A stretch of DNA of 64,000 nt. Origin: Batkoa obscura. Its lineage: Eukaryota. The position numbers and the translations under genes were made by a program. The stretch lies in assembly GCA_030770535.1 (NCBI GenBank), contig JASVEC010000014.1, forward strand, positions 372,001 through 436,000, read 5' to 3'. Every line of letters starts with the position of its first letter. Positions within the stretch are counted from its first letter, which is position 1. The notes under the pieces were generated by a model. That model was not told the origin of the DNA. It saw nothing but the letters and a program-made list of their open reading frames with translations, and searched no databases. Shown one piece after another: positions 25,385 to 37,314 of the stretch.

Positions 25385-28300
25385 TTAAGGATTAGTGATC
25401 GATTCAAATGCTGTTATCCATTGATTTTTCTCTCTCTCATTATTCAACGCAAGATAAATAGTTTCTTTAGTATTATAATTATAGATCGAAAAACATAATT
25501 TAGGGTCCGGTAAATTGGAGTTTGAACTGGAAAATACAGATCCGAAAAAGTTATTGCCCTATTCAAAACATTAAATTAACAAACCTGTTTGAATGAATAT
25601 GGTTGACTTACCGCAGACACTTGAAGCATGCCACTCGTTACCGAACCTGAAATAGATATTTTATCTATACTAATTGGCTGATAAAAAATAAATCAAAATT
25701 AAATAAATTAATTGCTATTATATTATTGCTACCTTTCTAAATACTTCATACTCATAAAGATCCTCGCTTAACTCATGTTCTTTAACTAATAGCACATAAT
25801 GATCAAACAAAAACAACTTCAAAGGTATCGAATTCTTTACCAATTTAACATCCCCTTCTTTAATCAACCGTCTCTCATCATGCTCCAAAGCCAAATCGAT
25901 ATGAGGGTACTCCAACATGTGACCAGGATCTTCTAATCTATCTGAGATTGCCCTCAATCTTAACTTAGAGTCTGTTTCTCCTTTTGTTTGATTAATATAG
26001 CTAAGCTGACGATTCAAATGTTCTAAAGCTTGAGGTATCAGTTTATAGTCTGGGTTATCTTCTGGAGTTCTTTTCATAATCTCTTTAAACAAGAGTGGAT
26101 ATCTTGCTAATCTTCTAGTTGGAAGAGAAATAAATGAATCAATGGTTAATCTCTTTAGTTCTTTTTTTTGACTACACTCATTTAAATATTGCTGGAATTT
26201 GATGTTGTTGTTTTTTTCTTTGGCTACAAAATCGGTAGCAAATTGAATTCTTGCACCGTAGATATTATAGGGATCCAGTTGTTCAGCCCATAAAACTAAA
26301 ATATCTCCAATACTTTTAATCACTGGCATATTCTTTTGTCTCGAGCTTAAGCCTAAACATAATGGCTCATGGATTTTTTTAATGTCCAAATAATTGAAAA
26401 ATAATTTATGAGCTATTATATCAACTTGATCACTTGGATAACATTGACTGCTTTTCAATCCTTCAATAAATACCTATAAAATCATTATATAAATTTACTA
26501 TTACAATTATTATAAAATTATTACTTTTCGTATTGTGATCAAATCCCTTAAATAGTCTCTCTCAGTACGACATAGCTCAAAAATAGCTTCTTGTCTTTTA
26601 AATTCATCCTCAGATAAACCGTCAGTTAAATCCTTAGGAATAGAACTTTTAAAATCTGATCCATCCTAAACAAAATCATAAAAGTCAATCTTCCATCATA
26701 GTCAATAAAGTTGACTTAAACTTACAAAATTAATATAGCCGCTAACTTGCAACTGGTTTTCCAAATCATTGTCTAAAATCAATGTTTTTGAGAGATGTTG
26801 TAAATTTTCAGGCAAATAGGTAGCTCTCCTCCTATTAGTTCTTTCCTCTAAAACATCATTACTTTCTCTAATACTTGAAATATCATCCACCATATTCTTA
26901 AATGAGTTGATGACCATTTCTAACACATAAATATCATTATTACTGCCCTTTGTTTCTTGAAAAATTTCTTGTAACTGTGCTATCTGTGGATCTAAATGAT
27001 AACGGATTGAACTCAAATAATCAATTACTGACATTTCTTTAGAGAAGCATTGCTTTTCTAAACTCTATTTAAGAACATCAACATTAACATTAAATATAAG
27101 CTATATTATTAAATATTTACCTGAAGCCAAAGTCTAAATTTCATAGAATTTTTTTGAGCTGTCGATATATATTGTTTAATAGAAGGGTAATGTCTAGTAA
27201 AATCAACAAACTCGATAAAGTCATTGATATGTTTCAAGAAGGTATCTCCATAATCTACTTCGCTTTTATCATTATATTCAACCCTATATTTTTCAATTAA
27301 AGTAGTAATAAATCCTTTATAAAAATCCAAAATCTTTGGTATGTTAAACAAAATAGTTTCTATTGCTTCTTTTGTTGTTTCTTCATCAAAAATTTGACTA
27401 TCTTGAATCCTTTTGTTAATCATCTAAATAAATGGTAAGTATTTGAACTAAATAGCGTATTAATAGTAGCCTTACAGAATAGACAGATTTTAAACTGTTA
27501 TAAAACTTGATCTCTCTTTCTAAATAAACATGAATAAACAAGGATCGTTTGCTTAAATTTTCTAAATTATTGAACTCTTTTTTAAAGAAACTAAACTCAT
27601 TAACTTCATTTGAATAACTGTTTGTTGAATTTAATGGATTGATACACTTATTTGTATTTGATTTCTAATAATCATAATTAACTGCTGTATTAATCAATGT
27701 ATTACTAGAAACTTACTGCATTAGTGGGACTAACTTCAGATCCGGATTTCATGACATTGGTGTATTTTCCTTGATCCTAGAAATAATAGAGTTAACATTA
27801 CATTATTCATAAATATTATGTTATAATTAATTACATTATTCTGACTATTACTCCCATTAGCAGCAAAATTAGAAAATTGATAACGCTCATTTGTAGCTGT
27901 CTTAGTCGTTTTCTTTGTCTCATTCTTCGATTTACCATTGCTATCATGATTAAAATATCCCGGTCTCCCATCAACTGGAGAAAGTCTACTTGGAGATACT
28001 ACTATACAACCATCATTATTACTGCCACTACTGCTATTACTGCCCATAGAAGATAACAAAATTTGGTTATCACTAGCTGGTGGTGTTACCTTATCAATAC
28101 TAAACTTTTTGGATTGATCATTATAGTTAATACCAGCAATGTCAATCATTAATTTGTCTATTTCACCTATAGGTACGACAATTTCTTTTTCGCTTTCATC
28201 GAGATTAGTTGGAAAGGAAGTACTAAATTGTGACAAATCTGGAATTTGTGGCATTTGTGGCATGGGCATCATCATAGGGAAAGGAGGGTTTATGTTATCA

Positions 28301-29062
28301 TTAAAGTTTGATTTATTGTTTATATTTGATATATAACTTTTTGGGTCTGGCATAGCTTGGAACGGGTTGTTTGCTTGATGCCCTGGAATATGATATACTG
28401 GTTGCATTGGTGAATTTGGATTATTAACCTAATGTTAAGTTATAAATATATTACTATAGCTAATTTATATTTCTTATTTACCGGATCAATAAATTTGTAA
28501 ACTCTGTTCTTTTCGCGATTCGGGGCTTTTGGTGGAACTATTGGATTCTAAATAATAAGTGAATTAATATTCGTATAAAATACAAACCTAAATGGTTACT
28601 TCTTTATTCGTATTATTATTGCCAGGCGATTGAGGAATATTGCCGAGCTAAATTTAACATCAGTGATATGATTACACGATTAATAAACATTGTTACTCTA
28701 TAACTTCTATCACTAGGGAGGTTAGGCATATTAGGAATCTAAAAAAAACAATCAGCATTTGGACAATAAATTTAAAGTCAAAATACTTGGTAATTCCCCC
28801 TTCCATTATTCGGAGGACTAACGATTGATATGTCTTTTTTTGGATCTATTTGGGGCTGGTATTTGACAGCATTTGGTGAGTTGTAAACATTTTGATAGAA
28901 TTGGTAGTTGTCGTCACCTTTCTTTTCATTTGATACAATTGGTACATACACTTGAGATACTGGGCCTGGTGATACTTTATCAGGTAAATTAATTAAATGC
29001 TTATTGCTATTTTCTACAAAGTCACGGTAGCCTTGTTTTTTTCCTCGCATCGGCTTGGTCAT
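25385..29062 (-). CDS. Rho guanine-nucleotide exchange factor, Rom2/Rgf-like DH-PH, with a second degenerate DH domain
   Basis: EFKRQEAIFELCRTERDYLRDL, LPTRRLARYPLL, PH LFLFDHYVLL...EKNQWITAF*. Upstream DH-like KRSLFIHVYLEREIKFYNSL...ILFNIPKILDF. Pro-rich N-terminus. Confidence 0.85.
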
Positions 29063-29660
29063 TTTGAAAATTTATAATTATTTTTTAAAAATGGTTTTTA
29101 AATTAGAATCTTGTTTTGAAAATATTAAATGCAATTGTTTCTTTCAGTGATCTATTGGTTCTTTTAAAATTATGTTGATTCGCATTAAATTCTAGTTAAG
29201 CTTGCTATTAATCTAAATAAAAATGATATAGTTTATCTAAATGTTAGTAATATTCTAAAGGATCATAAACTATATTATGACTAATTAATCATAAACCATC
29301 AGTTTAATTATAAATTGTAGTTTTAAACTATAATAAACTATATGCAATTGTTTGTTACACCTTTTTAGCGGACAATTAATAATGGATCTTGAATCCACTT
29401 TACCATATTCATTTTATTCCTTAACAAGGTTCCTTTAGCGAATTTAGTTTTTTTAATTTTACCGTTCATTTCCTCATAGATTTAACAGATTTCGTTTATT
29501 TTTAGGCATTTTACTTTTTTTGTTTTCAAAATTTATAATAGCTATCAATAATTAATTATGTATAAAATTTAATTAAAAATTCACTAAGGAATACTATGGG
29601 CTTTAAATTAAAGAACGAACAAGAATTTTAAAAAGTGATTTATAATTTATTGAAGTCGAG

Positions 29661-31419
29661 CTAATCCCTATGCTCTCCAGTTCTTCTACGATAAGAATTA
29701 GAACGAGCTTGGTAATCAGAGCGTGAGTGGGGCTCTTTTTCTGGCTCATACTTTCTTTTGAATGCCGCTTTCAATCCGACAATACTAGTCACTTCTTTCA
29801 AGACTTGAATATTTTTTATGACTCCGTTAAAGTAGCTATTTAATAATAATCCATTATAAGCCTGTAAAAAAGTATAATTAAAGGCATATCATTAAACTTT
29901 AATCAAACAATTTACCTCAGCCATGGCATTTCCAGCAAATTGAGTCCCACTGTTAGCCTTAGGTAGCTTATGAGCAACAGAACTAATATGTCTCAATATT
30001 TTACTCGTCGTTTTTGTTTTTCCTAAATTAAAACAATCAATTTATGAACCATTAAAATAAATTAAAACTACCTTCACTAACTTTTTCCAAATGATCCACT
30101 ACTACATTTAATTTAGATAACATTATATTGATGGCATCTTTTTGTTTATTGACATTAGCAAGCACTAAAAACGATAAGCAATTTAAAACAAATGTCAATT
30201 ATATTCTTACATAAGCTATGATCCAAATCTCTTGCTACTTTAATACCTTTATTTTCTGTTGAAGTGGTACAAACAGTTTGATTTATAGTATCTAAGGCCA
30301 TTCTTTGAGTTTTATTAGCTTCAATATAGCAATCTAAAGTTTCTATATAACTTTCTTCCCCCTGAATGCTATGAATTTCATAGACCTTTACTGGTAGGTT
30401 AGTTCTGTTATGTGGGTTGAAATTATATTGAACTTTAGAACCCATACTTTCTTTCTTTGTTTGCTTAGGATTGAATTGAAGAAAAATAAGAGAAGTAGAT
30501 AATTTGGAAAAATACTAATAAGTCTAATTAATTGTTATTATACTATTTGCTGAGCATTTACCTCTTCTTGAATTACTAGTTCATTTTTAGTTGCTATACT
30601 TCCAATAGAATACCACCCAATAACAGTTAATTTAGGGAATACAGCTTTAGCTAAATGGCTTTATTAGAATTAATAGCTATTTATTAAATTGCTATCACCT
30701 TGTATTAATCTTTTCTTTAAAAACTCTTTATCAATAGTGACATTAATGCCATTATCTTTGCTAGATACGTTAACTTTAAGTTCAATTGAATTAACAACCT
30801 CTACTTTATTCCCTCCCTGGGCTCCTAACAAAATACCAATGACTAATTTCTATCGTAAGTTTTAATCATATATAAATAAAGCAATTCACCTTGAAGTCTA
30901 TTCTCTGGATTTCTCTTTAATAAATCAATACGTGTAAAATGATCCGTAATATTGATAATAGGAAGTGGATGGCTAGATATACATTACTTAAAATTCAGCA
31001 AAATCGTTATGAATCCTTACATCATTACTACCCTTTTGGATAAGTATATTCTTTCACATTTTTTCATGGTAGTTAATACGTCAAGGCCAACTTTTTTTTC
31101 ATTATCTTCTTTTTTACCATGTTCTTCTGCTTTTTCTTTTTTACTGTCTAAAAACTCAACCAAACTCTTCATCTTTCTTTCAAACTCAATATCCTCAATT
31201 TTTCCTTCACTACCTCCTCCTTGATTCGCATTCTTTGTCTCTCTTTCGTTATCAAATCCTCTGTCGTTTATTATACTTTTATTCGCATCAATTGGATACT
31301 CTATTCTTTCTTTCTTTGTAACTTTGTCTTCGTCTGTGCCTCCATTTTTATCTATAAAAACTTAATATTTGTTCATCGAAACAAACCTATTTATTACCAT
31401 TATTAGGTTTTGAACCCAT
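29661..31419 (-). CDS. CSN6: COP9 signalosome subunit 6-like (MPN-) with charged N-terminal extension
   Basis: Spliced IHPLPIINITDHFTR, VIGILLGAQGGNKVEVVNSIEL, AVFPKLTVIGWYS, LPVKVYE. The frame is open upstream to ATG 31419 through one intron. Confidence 0.78.
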
Positions 31420-31558
31420 TATAATTATTAATAATTTAAAAAAGATTCTTAAATTTTTATTTTGCCATGTCAATTTGTCATACAAAATTAAAAATTGATG
31501 TCATCAGCTAAATCTACGTTTTAGTTAAATAATTACTATTCTTAAAAAAGACATAAGA

Positions 31559-31630
31559 GGGCGTATAGCTCAGTGGTAGAGCAATCGACTGCAGATCGAT
31601 AGGTCCCTGGTTCAAATCCGGGTGCGCCCT
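31559..31630 (+). tRNA. tRNA-Cys(GCA)
   Basis: 72-nt cloverleaf: GGGCGTA/TGCGCCC acceptor, ATCGA-CTGCAGA-TCGAT anticodon arm, GGTTCAAATCC T arm, T run downstream. Confidence 0.96.
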
Positions 31631-32157
31631 TTTGTAAACTATATTTTTCGAATATTAGTACAGTATATAACTTGAACTATCATTGTTCTTTATGCTTTCT
31701 TTAGTTATTTTTAAATGCAAAAATTATGTTGTAAAGCGAGTGATTCCTTTATATTTATATTTTTTAGGGAAGCGACAGTCTAATAGTTCGTATCTTAAAT
31801 TGGTTAAGATACAATCACGACTTAATCTATCAAAGGGGCTGGAGAGTTAGTATTTATGATTGATTAATTCATTTATTATTATCATGTTTTAGTAATTATT
31901 CCTACTTTTTATTTTCTGTTTTTTAAAATAATCTATAAGGAACATCTCAATTATAGTATACTTTAAATTGTCTTATTTTTATTTATATTGTTTATAGATA
32001 TACTATTGTGAGTTAAATATTTTCTGTTAAAATAAGAGGTTTAATTTTGTTTATATAAGAGAACTTTAAATGTTACAAAACAATAATTTAGTCAATAAAA
32101 AAATTATCAGTTTTTATTAACAAGAAACTCAGAGATACCTTTTACTTAAAAAAATAA

Positions 32158-32558
32158 TCAAAGACTGTCCATAAAGTTAGCCAACTCAATATCGTTTTCT
32201 GAAAGTCCATTACAGTCATGGGTAGAAAGCGTAACCTCAACTTTGTTATAAACCTAAAGAATTATTAACATTCAAACTGACAATATTGAGTATTTATTAC
32301 ATTAAACCATTCAGGATGGTGGTCCATTTTGTCAGCTTTAATCGCGACTCTAGTCATGAATCCAAATGCTTGATTAAAATCTTGAAATAAGTAAGTTTTC
32401 TTAATAGCATCTCTATCTTGAACAAGCTCCCAGCCATTAACTTGTATCTGTTTAAGGTAGATAGATCTCTGTTCTGAGTTTAATTTTTGTACCATTTTAT
32501 TGCTGTAATATCGCTGAAATCGTATAAAATAATTAGGATAATTGATTTTTTTCAACAT
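32158..32558 (-). CDS. PCBD: Pterin-4a-carbinolamine dehydratase, 2 exons
   Basis: [66 protein letters not shown]. Confidence 0.92.
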
Positions 32559-32690
32559 CTAAACCAAAATATCACTCAAATTTTGTAGTAAATTGAAATA
32601 CACCAATAAAAGGTGACTAAAAAATTGCTCTATAATTGGCTAGAAATTCTCGAAGCTTGATGTCAATTATAAATATGGGTAGTAAATTCA

Positions 32691-32705
32691 TGAAAATTCT
32701 AGAAT
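32691..32705. promoter_or_regulatory. Heat-shock element (HSF site) in the shared PCBD/SIS1 promoter
   Basis: tGAAaaTTCtaGAAt is a perfect 3-unit nGAAn array 88 bp upstream of an Hsp40 ATG; a second near-perfect array lies at ~32642-32659. Confidence 0.75.
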
Positions 32706-32792
32706 TAGTAAAAAATATAAAAAACGTGAAAATGAAGTTGCCTTTCCATTAAACTTTATACTCACTAAGATTCTTCATATTATTTAAAAACC

Positions 32793-33818
32793 ATGGGTAA
32801 AGATTATTATCAGATATTAGGAGTTTCCAAATCTAGCTCTGAAGATGAAATAAAGAAAGCATATAGAAAATTAGCTTTAAAATGGCATCCAGATCGTAAT
32901 AAGGATAACTTAGATGCAGCTACCAAAAAATTCAAAGAAATTTCAGAAGCTTATGAAGTTTTAAGTGATAAAAAGAAGCGTGATATCTATGATCAATTTG
33001 GAGAAGACGGCCTTAAAGGAAGCGGAGGGGAGGGTGGTTTCCCAGGTGGTTTCCCAGCTAATGGCTTCCCCGGATTCTCTGGAGGCTCGTTCAATTTTTC
33101 AACTGGTGGTGGTAGAGGTCGTGGTTTTAACCCTTCAAACCCACAATCCATCTTTGAACAATTCTTTGGCGGCGGTGGTGGTGGTCACCCATTTATGGAT
33201 ATGGACGATTCTCCATTTGGCGGTATGGGAGGCATGGGAGGTATGGGAGGTATGGGAGGTATGGGCGGCCAACATCGTAGGTCTCCTACTAAGCCAGCAC
33301 CACTTTCCCATAACTTGTCATTGAGTTTAGAAGATCTATATAATGGCGTTACTAAAAAGTTGAAAGTAACACGTAAGCTAAGAAGTGGAGGTACTTCAGA
33401 AAAGGTACTTGAAGTTGTCGTTAAACCTGGATGGAAAGCAGGAACCAAAGTGAAATTCCAAAACGAAGGTGATGAATTGAGCAATGGGTTAAACCAAGAT
33501 ATAGAGTTTGTTGTACAGGAAAAACCTCATCCACTATTTAAGAGAGAAGGCGATAATTTAAAGCATAATGTTGATTTGACTTTAAGCGAAGCGTTATGTG
33601 GATTCGAAAAATCAATTGCCACTCTAGATGGACGTAGTTTAAGAATCGCTTCTTCCCAAGTTGTTAGGCCATATCAAGAAAGTAGGCTACCTGGTGAAGG
33701 TATGCCCATCTCTAAACGCCCAGGGGCTAAAGGTGATTTGATCATCCAATATAACATTAAATTTCCTACATCTTTGACAGAGACTCAAAGAACAGCTGTA
33801 AAAAGAGCATTAGAATAA
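32793..33818 (+). CDS. SIS1: Type II Hsp40/DnaJ co-chaperone, intronless
   Basis: J domain with HPD, G/F and G/M-rich linker, C-terminal [10 protein letters not shown]...GEGMP. Confidence 0.95.
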   Translation: MGKDYYQILGVSKSSSEDEIKKAYRKLALKWHPDRNKDNLDAATKKFKEISEAYEVLSDKKKRDIYDQFGEDGLKGSGGEGGFPGGFPANGFPGFSGGSFNFSTGGGRGRGFNPSNPQSIFEQFFGGGGGGHPFMDMDDSPFGGMGGMGGMGGMGGMGGQHRRSPTKPAPLSHNLSLSLEDLYNGVTKKLKVTRKLRSGGTSEKVLEVVVKPGWKAGTKVKFQNEGDELSNGLNQDIEFVVQEKPHPLFKREGDNLKHNVDLTLSEALCGFEKSIATLDGRSLRIASSQVVRPYQESRLPGEGMPISKRPGAKGDLIIQYNIKFPTSLTETQRTAVKRALE

Positions 33819-34102
33819 TTACTAATTACTTATTACCTTCTCATTTAAAAAGTTTTAAATAAATTCATTTTTTAACTTGAGTTTGATATCTAGATTCTGT
33901 AGTTATATTATCAAGTGTTTCTTAAATTTAATATAGATAAAAGATTTTATGAGTAATGGCTAAGGTATTATTGGATTTAATGTATCGTTCAGGTAATGAA
34001 TGACTAATTAATTTTAATTGTAGTAATTTTCCCATCTTAGTAGTTAAGATAAAAAATCAACTTTAATAAAAGCGAATTGTCTTTTAAATTTTTTGCCATA
34101 GT

Positions 34103-35001
34103 ATGCAACAAGGAGAGATTGACATAAATTTGCAAGACCAAGAGGAGGAGATCGAGGTGATAAAATCGATCTATGGCCCAGAAAGTTTAATAAAAAGATC
34201 AAACAACTGGGTATTTTTACCATCAAAAGGGTATCATGATTTATCGATCCTTGAAGGGTGGGAGCTAGAGATAACACTGCCCACAAGCTACCCTTCCAAA
34301 GATTTACCCACTTTCGAATGGGTTCATAGAAACGAAGTAAATAATGAGTATCAATTAAATGAAGACTTAAAGCAGCAGATTAGAAAAGTATTTTTCGAAC
34401 AATTTATAGAAGGTTCTGTTGTCCTATTTACTTGGTTGCAAAGTTTAGAAGAGATTCTAAAGGTCAACTTAAATGCTATTAAAATCTCACCAAACCCAAA
34501 GTCAATTATGAACAAGAAAGTTACAAAACAAGAAAAAGAAGAAAAGGAGGAGAGCATCTTGCCAGTAAATACTTTTGTTAGTATTCCTATAGAAGATAGA
34601 AAAAGTGTATTTATTGCCTATGCTAAGAGGGTGACAAGTCAGAACGAAGTTAATGAGTTTAGAGATAGTCTTGTTAATATTAAAAAGATAGCGAAAGCAG
34701 CCCATAATATTATAGCATATAGAATAAAACTAGAAAACGGTGTAATGCTACAGGGTATTAATTTATTAATGACCTATAAACTATAGTAATCAATATTTAT
34801 TTAGATTCGGATGATGATGGAGAAACAGCAGCAGGTTCAAGATTATTACATTTATTACAGTTATTAGATGTTAAAGATGGAGTGGTAATAGTATCAAGGT
34901 ATTTTGGCGGCATTCATTTAGGACCGGATCGATTTAAACATATAAATAATGTTGCAAGACAAGTACTTGAAGCTAATCAATTTTTTAAAAGTAAAAAATA
35001 A
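34103..35001 (+). CDS. YIH1: IMPACT family protein (RWD + UPF0029), 2 exons
   Basis: EEEIEVIKSIYG, LPTSYPS, DRKSVFIA, AAHNIIAYR, then after the intron DSDDDGETAAGSRLL..SRYFGGIHLGPDRFKHI. Confidence 0.92.
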
Positions 35002-35018
35002 TAAAATATTATTAATGT

Positions 35019-36594
35019 TTATTTCTTGCTAAATTTTCGCTTTTGGTTTGATGGATCTAATGGCATAGCTACTAAATCAAATGCTGCTTTATTATTGCTT
35101 TTGGATTTTTCTATAGCAAAAAATTGTTATTATAATTCATTGTGACCCATTTATAACTTAAGTTACCTGAAAGATTTGCAAACCTTAAGAAATACTCCCA
35201 ATTACTAAATACTTTTCTACTAGCTATAATGATAATAAATTTAAATAAATTTAAATAAATAGATTCAACTTACTATTATAACCTTCGTTTAAACCTCTGA
35301 TAGATTCATCAAATAACTCAAAGCTGCTTAAAAAATCTTTAGAAACCGCTTTTAGATGATGGACTCTTCGGAGCTCTTCTCTTTTACTATTCAACATCAT
35401 CTCAACTCTATCTATCTTTGGTCTAATTTCAACTCGTTCATGGTTTTCATTATCTTCGTCATTTTCCTTTAATTCTTCTTCTTCGACAGGATCTTTTTGC
35501 TCATCCACCATCTTTAATATTGGTTTTGTTTTAGCACTATCCTTTGTCCAATCAGCTATTTCAATCTTTGCACGCGCACTTCTATTTCCCCTTTCATCTA
35601 CAAAGATATTGCTTACATCATCTCTTACATCATTCGCATGACCTGCAACTTCACCTTCAGCATAACCCAGCTCCTCATTTCTATACTTTGCTAGTATAGC
35701 TTCCCTTCTAAGTCTTCCACGTACAAGAGGTGAGCGAAAATCTTCGGACATTCTATTTATTGCTCTTTGTTTAAAGCTGTTGGCATTAAAGTTAGGGCGT
35801 TGGTCTAAAGCTACTTTGACTTCTTCTTCGGACATCTTACGTGGTCTATTATTATCACGTAAAGTTAAATTCATCTTTCGTTCATAAACTCTGTCTCCTT
35901 TTTCTTCGTCATCTGCAGAATAAGATTCTCTAATCTCCTGTTCTTCATATTTATCTTGATCGTTATCACTTAATTTTGTCTCTTCTTTATAACCTCCATC
36001 CTTCAGTAAATGCTCATCTTTTTCTACCTTTACATGATTATTTTGAGACTTTGCAAGTTCTGGCATAATCCTGATAGTAGGTCTTTTACGGATATTAACC
36101 CAAGGACGGAATGGCGGTTTTTCATCATCTGATTTAGAAGGTTTTCTTATTACTTCTGTAAATTGTTTCAAAGATTGTTCTATTTCTTCTTGTTTTGAGT
36201 CGTCTCCAAAACTTTCTAATTTCATCTCAATATCACTTTTTTCACCTTGAGAAGAATGTTTTTCAGAATCTTTATCACTCAAACTACCACTTCTTTCGGC
36301 ATCTAATCTGCCTTCCTTTAATACATCTGATTTCCTTTGATTTCCTTTAATTGGTTTTACTACTTTATTTGTGAGAATGGTTGTTTTTACTTCTCTTCTC
36401 CCCAAAATCGATCTAATTTCTTTCCTTCCAGTAGATAGCCTTGGATCTCTTCTTTCAGAAATTAATCTTACTGACCTATTTTCCTCGGCTGCATTAACCT
36501 TCCTCTCTTCAATATTACTCCTATATTCCTTCTCTTTGATACTTAGTCTAGTTTCCCCTCCTCTTGTTGTTGGCTTGTTTTTATTAAAACTCAT
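35019..36594 (-). CDS. DAD2: DASH/Dam1 complex subunit Dad2 domain preceded by a ~390-aa charged extension
   Basis: Spliced C-terminus LNSKREELRRVHHLKAVSKDFLSSFELFDESIRGLNEGYN|TSRKVFSNWEYFLRFANLS fits the Dad2 pattern K..EL..L..L...S.....G...V..V.SNW..V.R..N. Last-exon frame is uncertain (stop at 35077 or 35019). Confidence 0.68.
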
Positions 36595-36977
36595 TCGTCT
36601 AATTTTAGAAAGATTAAAGAATAGTTTAGCAAAATTCTAATTTTAAGAATTAGCTTCACTTTCATTTCAAATTCCACCATTCAAATATTTTATCAAAATT
36701 ACTCACAACAAATTCTTATTCAAAGTATACTATTACAGTTAAAAATTATATAGATGATAATATTATATATTCTAACCATATTAATACAAAAAAATAACTA
36801 ATTCATTAACAAAAATCAAAAGCCATAGCTTAAATAAAAAAGATGAAATTAAAAAAATTTAATTGAATAAGATTAAATAATGATAAAAGAAGCATCAGAT
36901 AAAGGGTAAATGTAAATGTATTTTCCTTGATCTTAGACTATCATAAAGATAAATGATTTCTTAGCTAGTAAAAATCA

Positions 36978-37314
36978 TCATAATATCTAAATAAAAGTAA
37001 ATATGTTTAAAACTATTTGTGATTCCAATACTTACCTGACAAAATCCATTAGAAGCAGGAGCAAATGGATCATTGGGTCTATTACCCCATAAGTTAGGCA
37101 ACATATAGTCTTTTGTTTTGGTAGTAAAATCAATCAAACTGAGTTAAGAACAAAGATAATTAACTCTTAGGTTTAAAATTACATAAAATAAGAGTTACCC
37201 TTTACTAGCTTCTGATACAGTAACCAAAGGAAAATTTAATTTTTCTTTTAAAACATTGACCTCTTTTAATAATAAATAAAGTTGTTTATCTTGACGCGTC
37301 ATAGAGCTGTTCAT
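36978..37314 (-). CDS. Heterotrimeric G-protein gamma subunit, 3 exons
   Basis: MNSSMTRQDKQLYLLLKEVNVLKEKLNFPLVTVSEASKGLIDFTTKTKDYMLPNLWGNRPNDPFAPASNGFCQ|IL*: GGL domain, DPF motif, CaaX box. Missed by the ORF track. Confidence 0.88.

Noticed and set aside
31780..31845. Possible RNase MRP RNA (TAGTT ... AAAGGGGCT resembling CR-IV/CR-V) or telomerase RNA (CCCTAA on the minus strand)
   Set aside because: No CR-I GAAAGTCCCC partner upstream to form P4, and only one CCCTAA rather than a ~1.5-repeat template.
1201..36640. Antisense ORFs overlapping real genes (e.g. 1201-1605, 10823-11074, 13245-13511, 30952-31224, 33185-33484, 36371-36640)
   Set aside because: Shadow ORFs opposite well-supported coding exons, with no motifs of their own.
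37028..37038. ATACTTACCTG, identical to the 5' end of U1 snRNA
   Set aside because: It is the reverse complement of the strong CAG|GTAAGTAT donor of the minus-strand G-gamma gene; no U1 stem-loops or Sm site follow.
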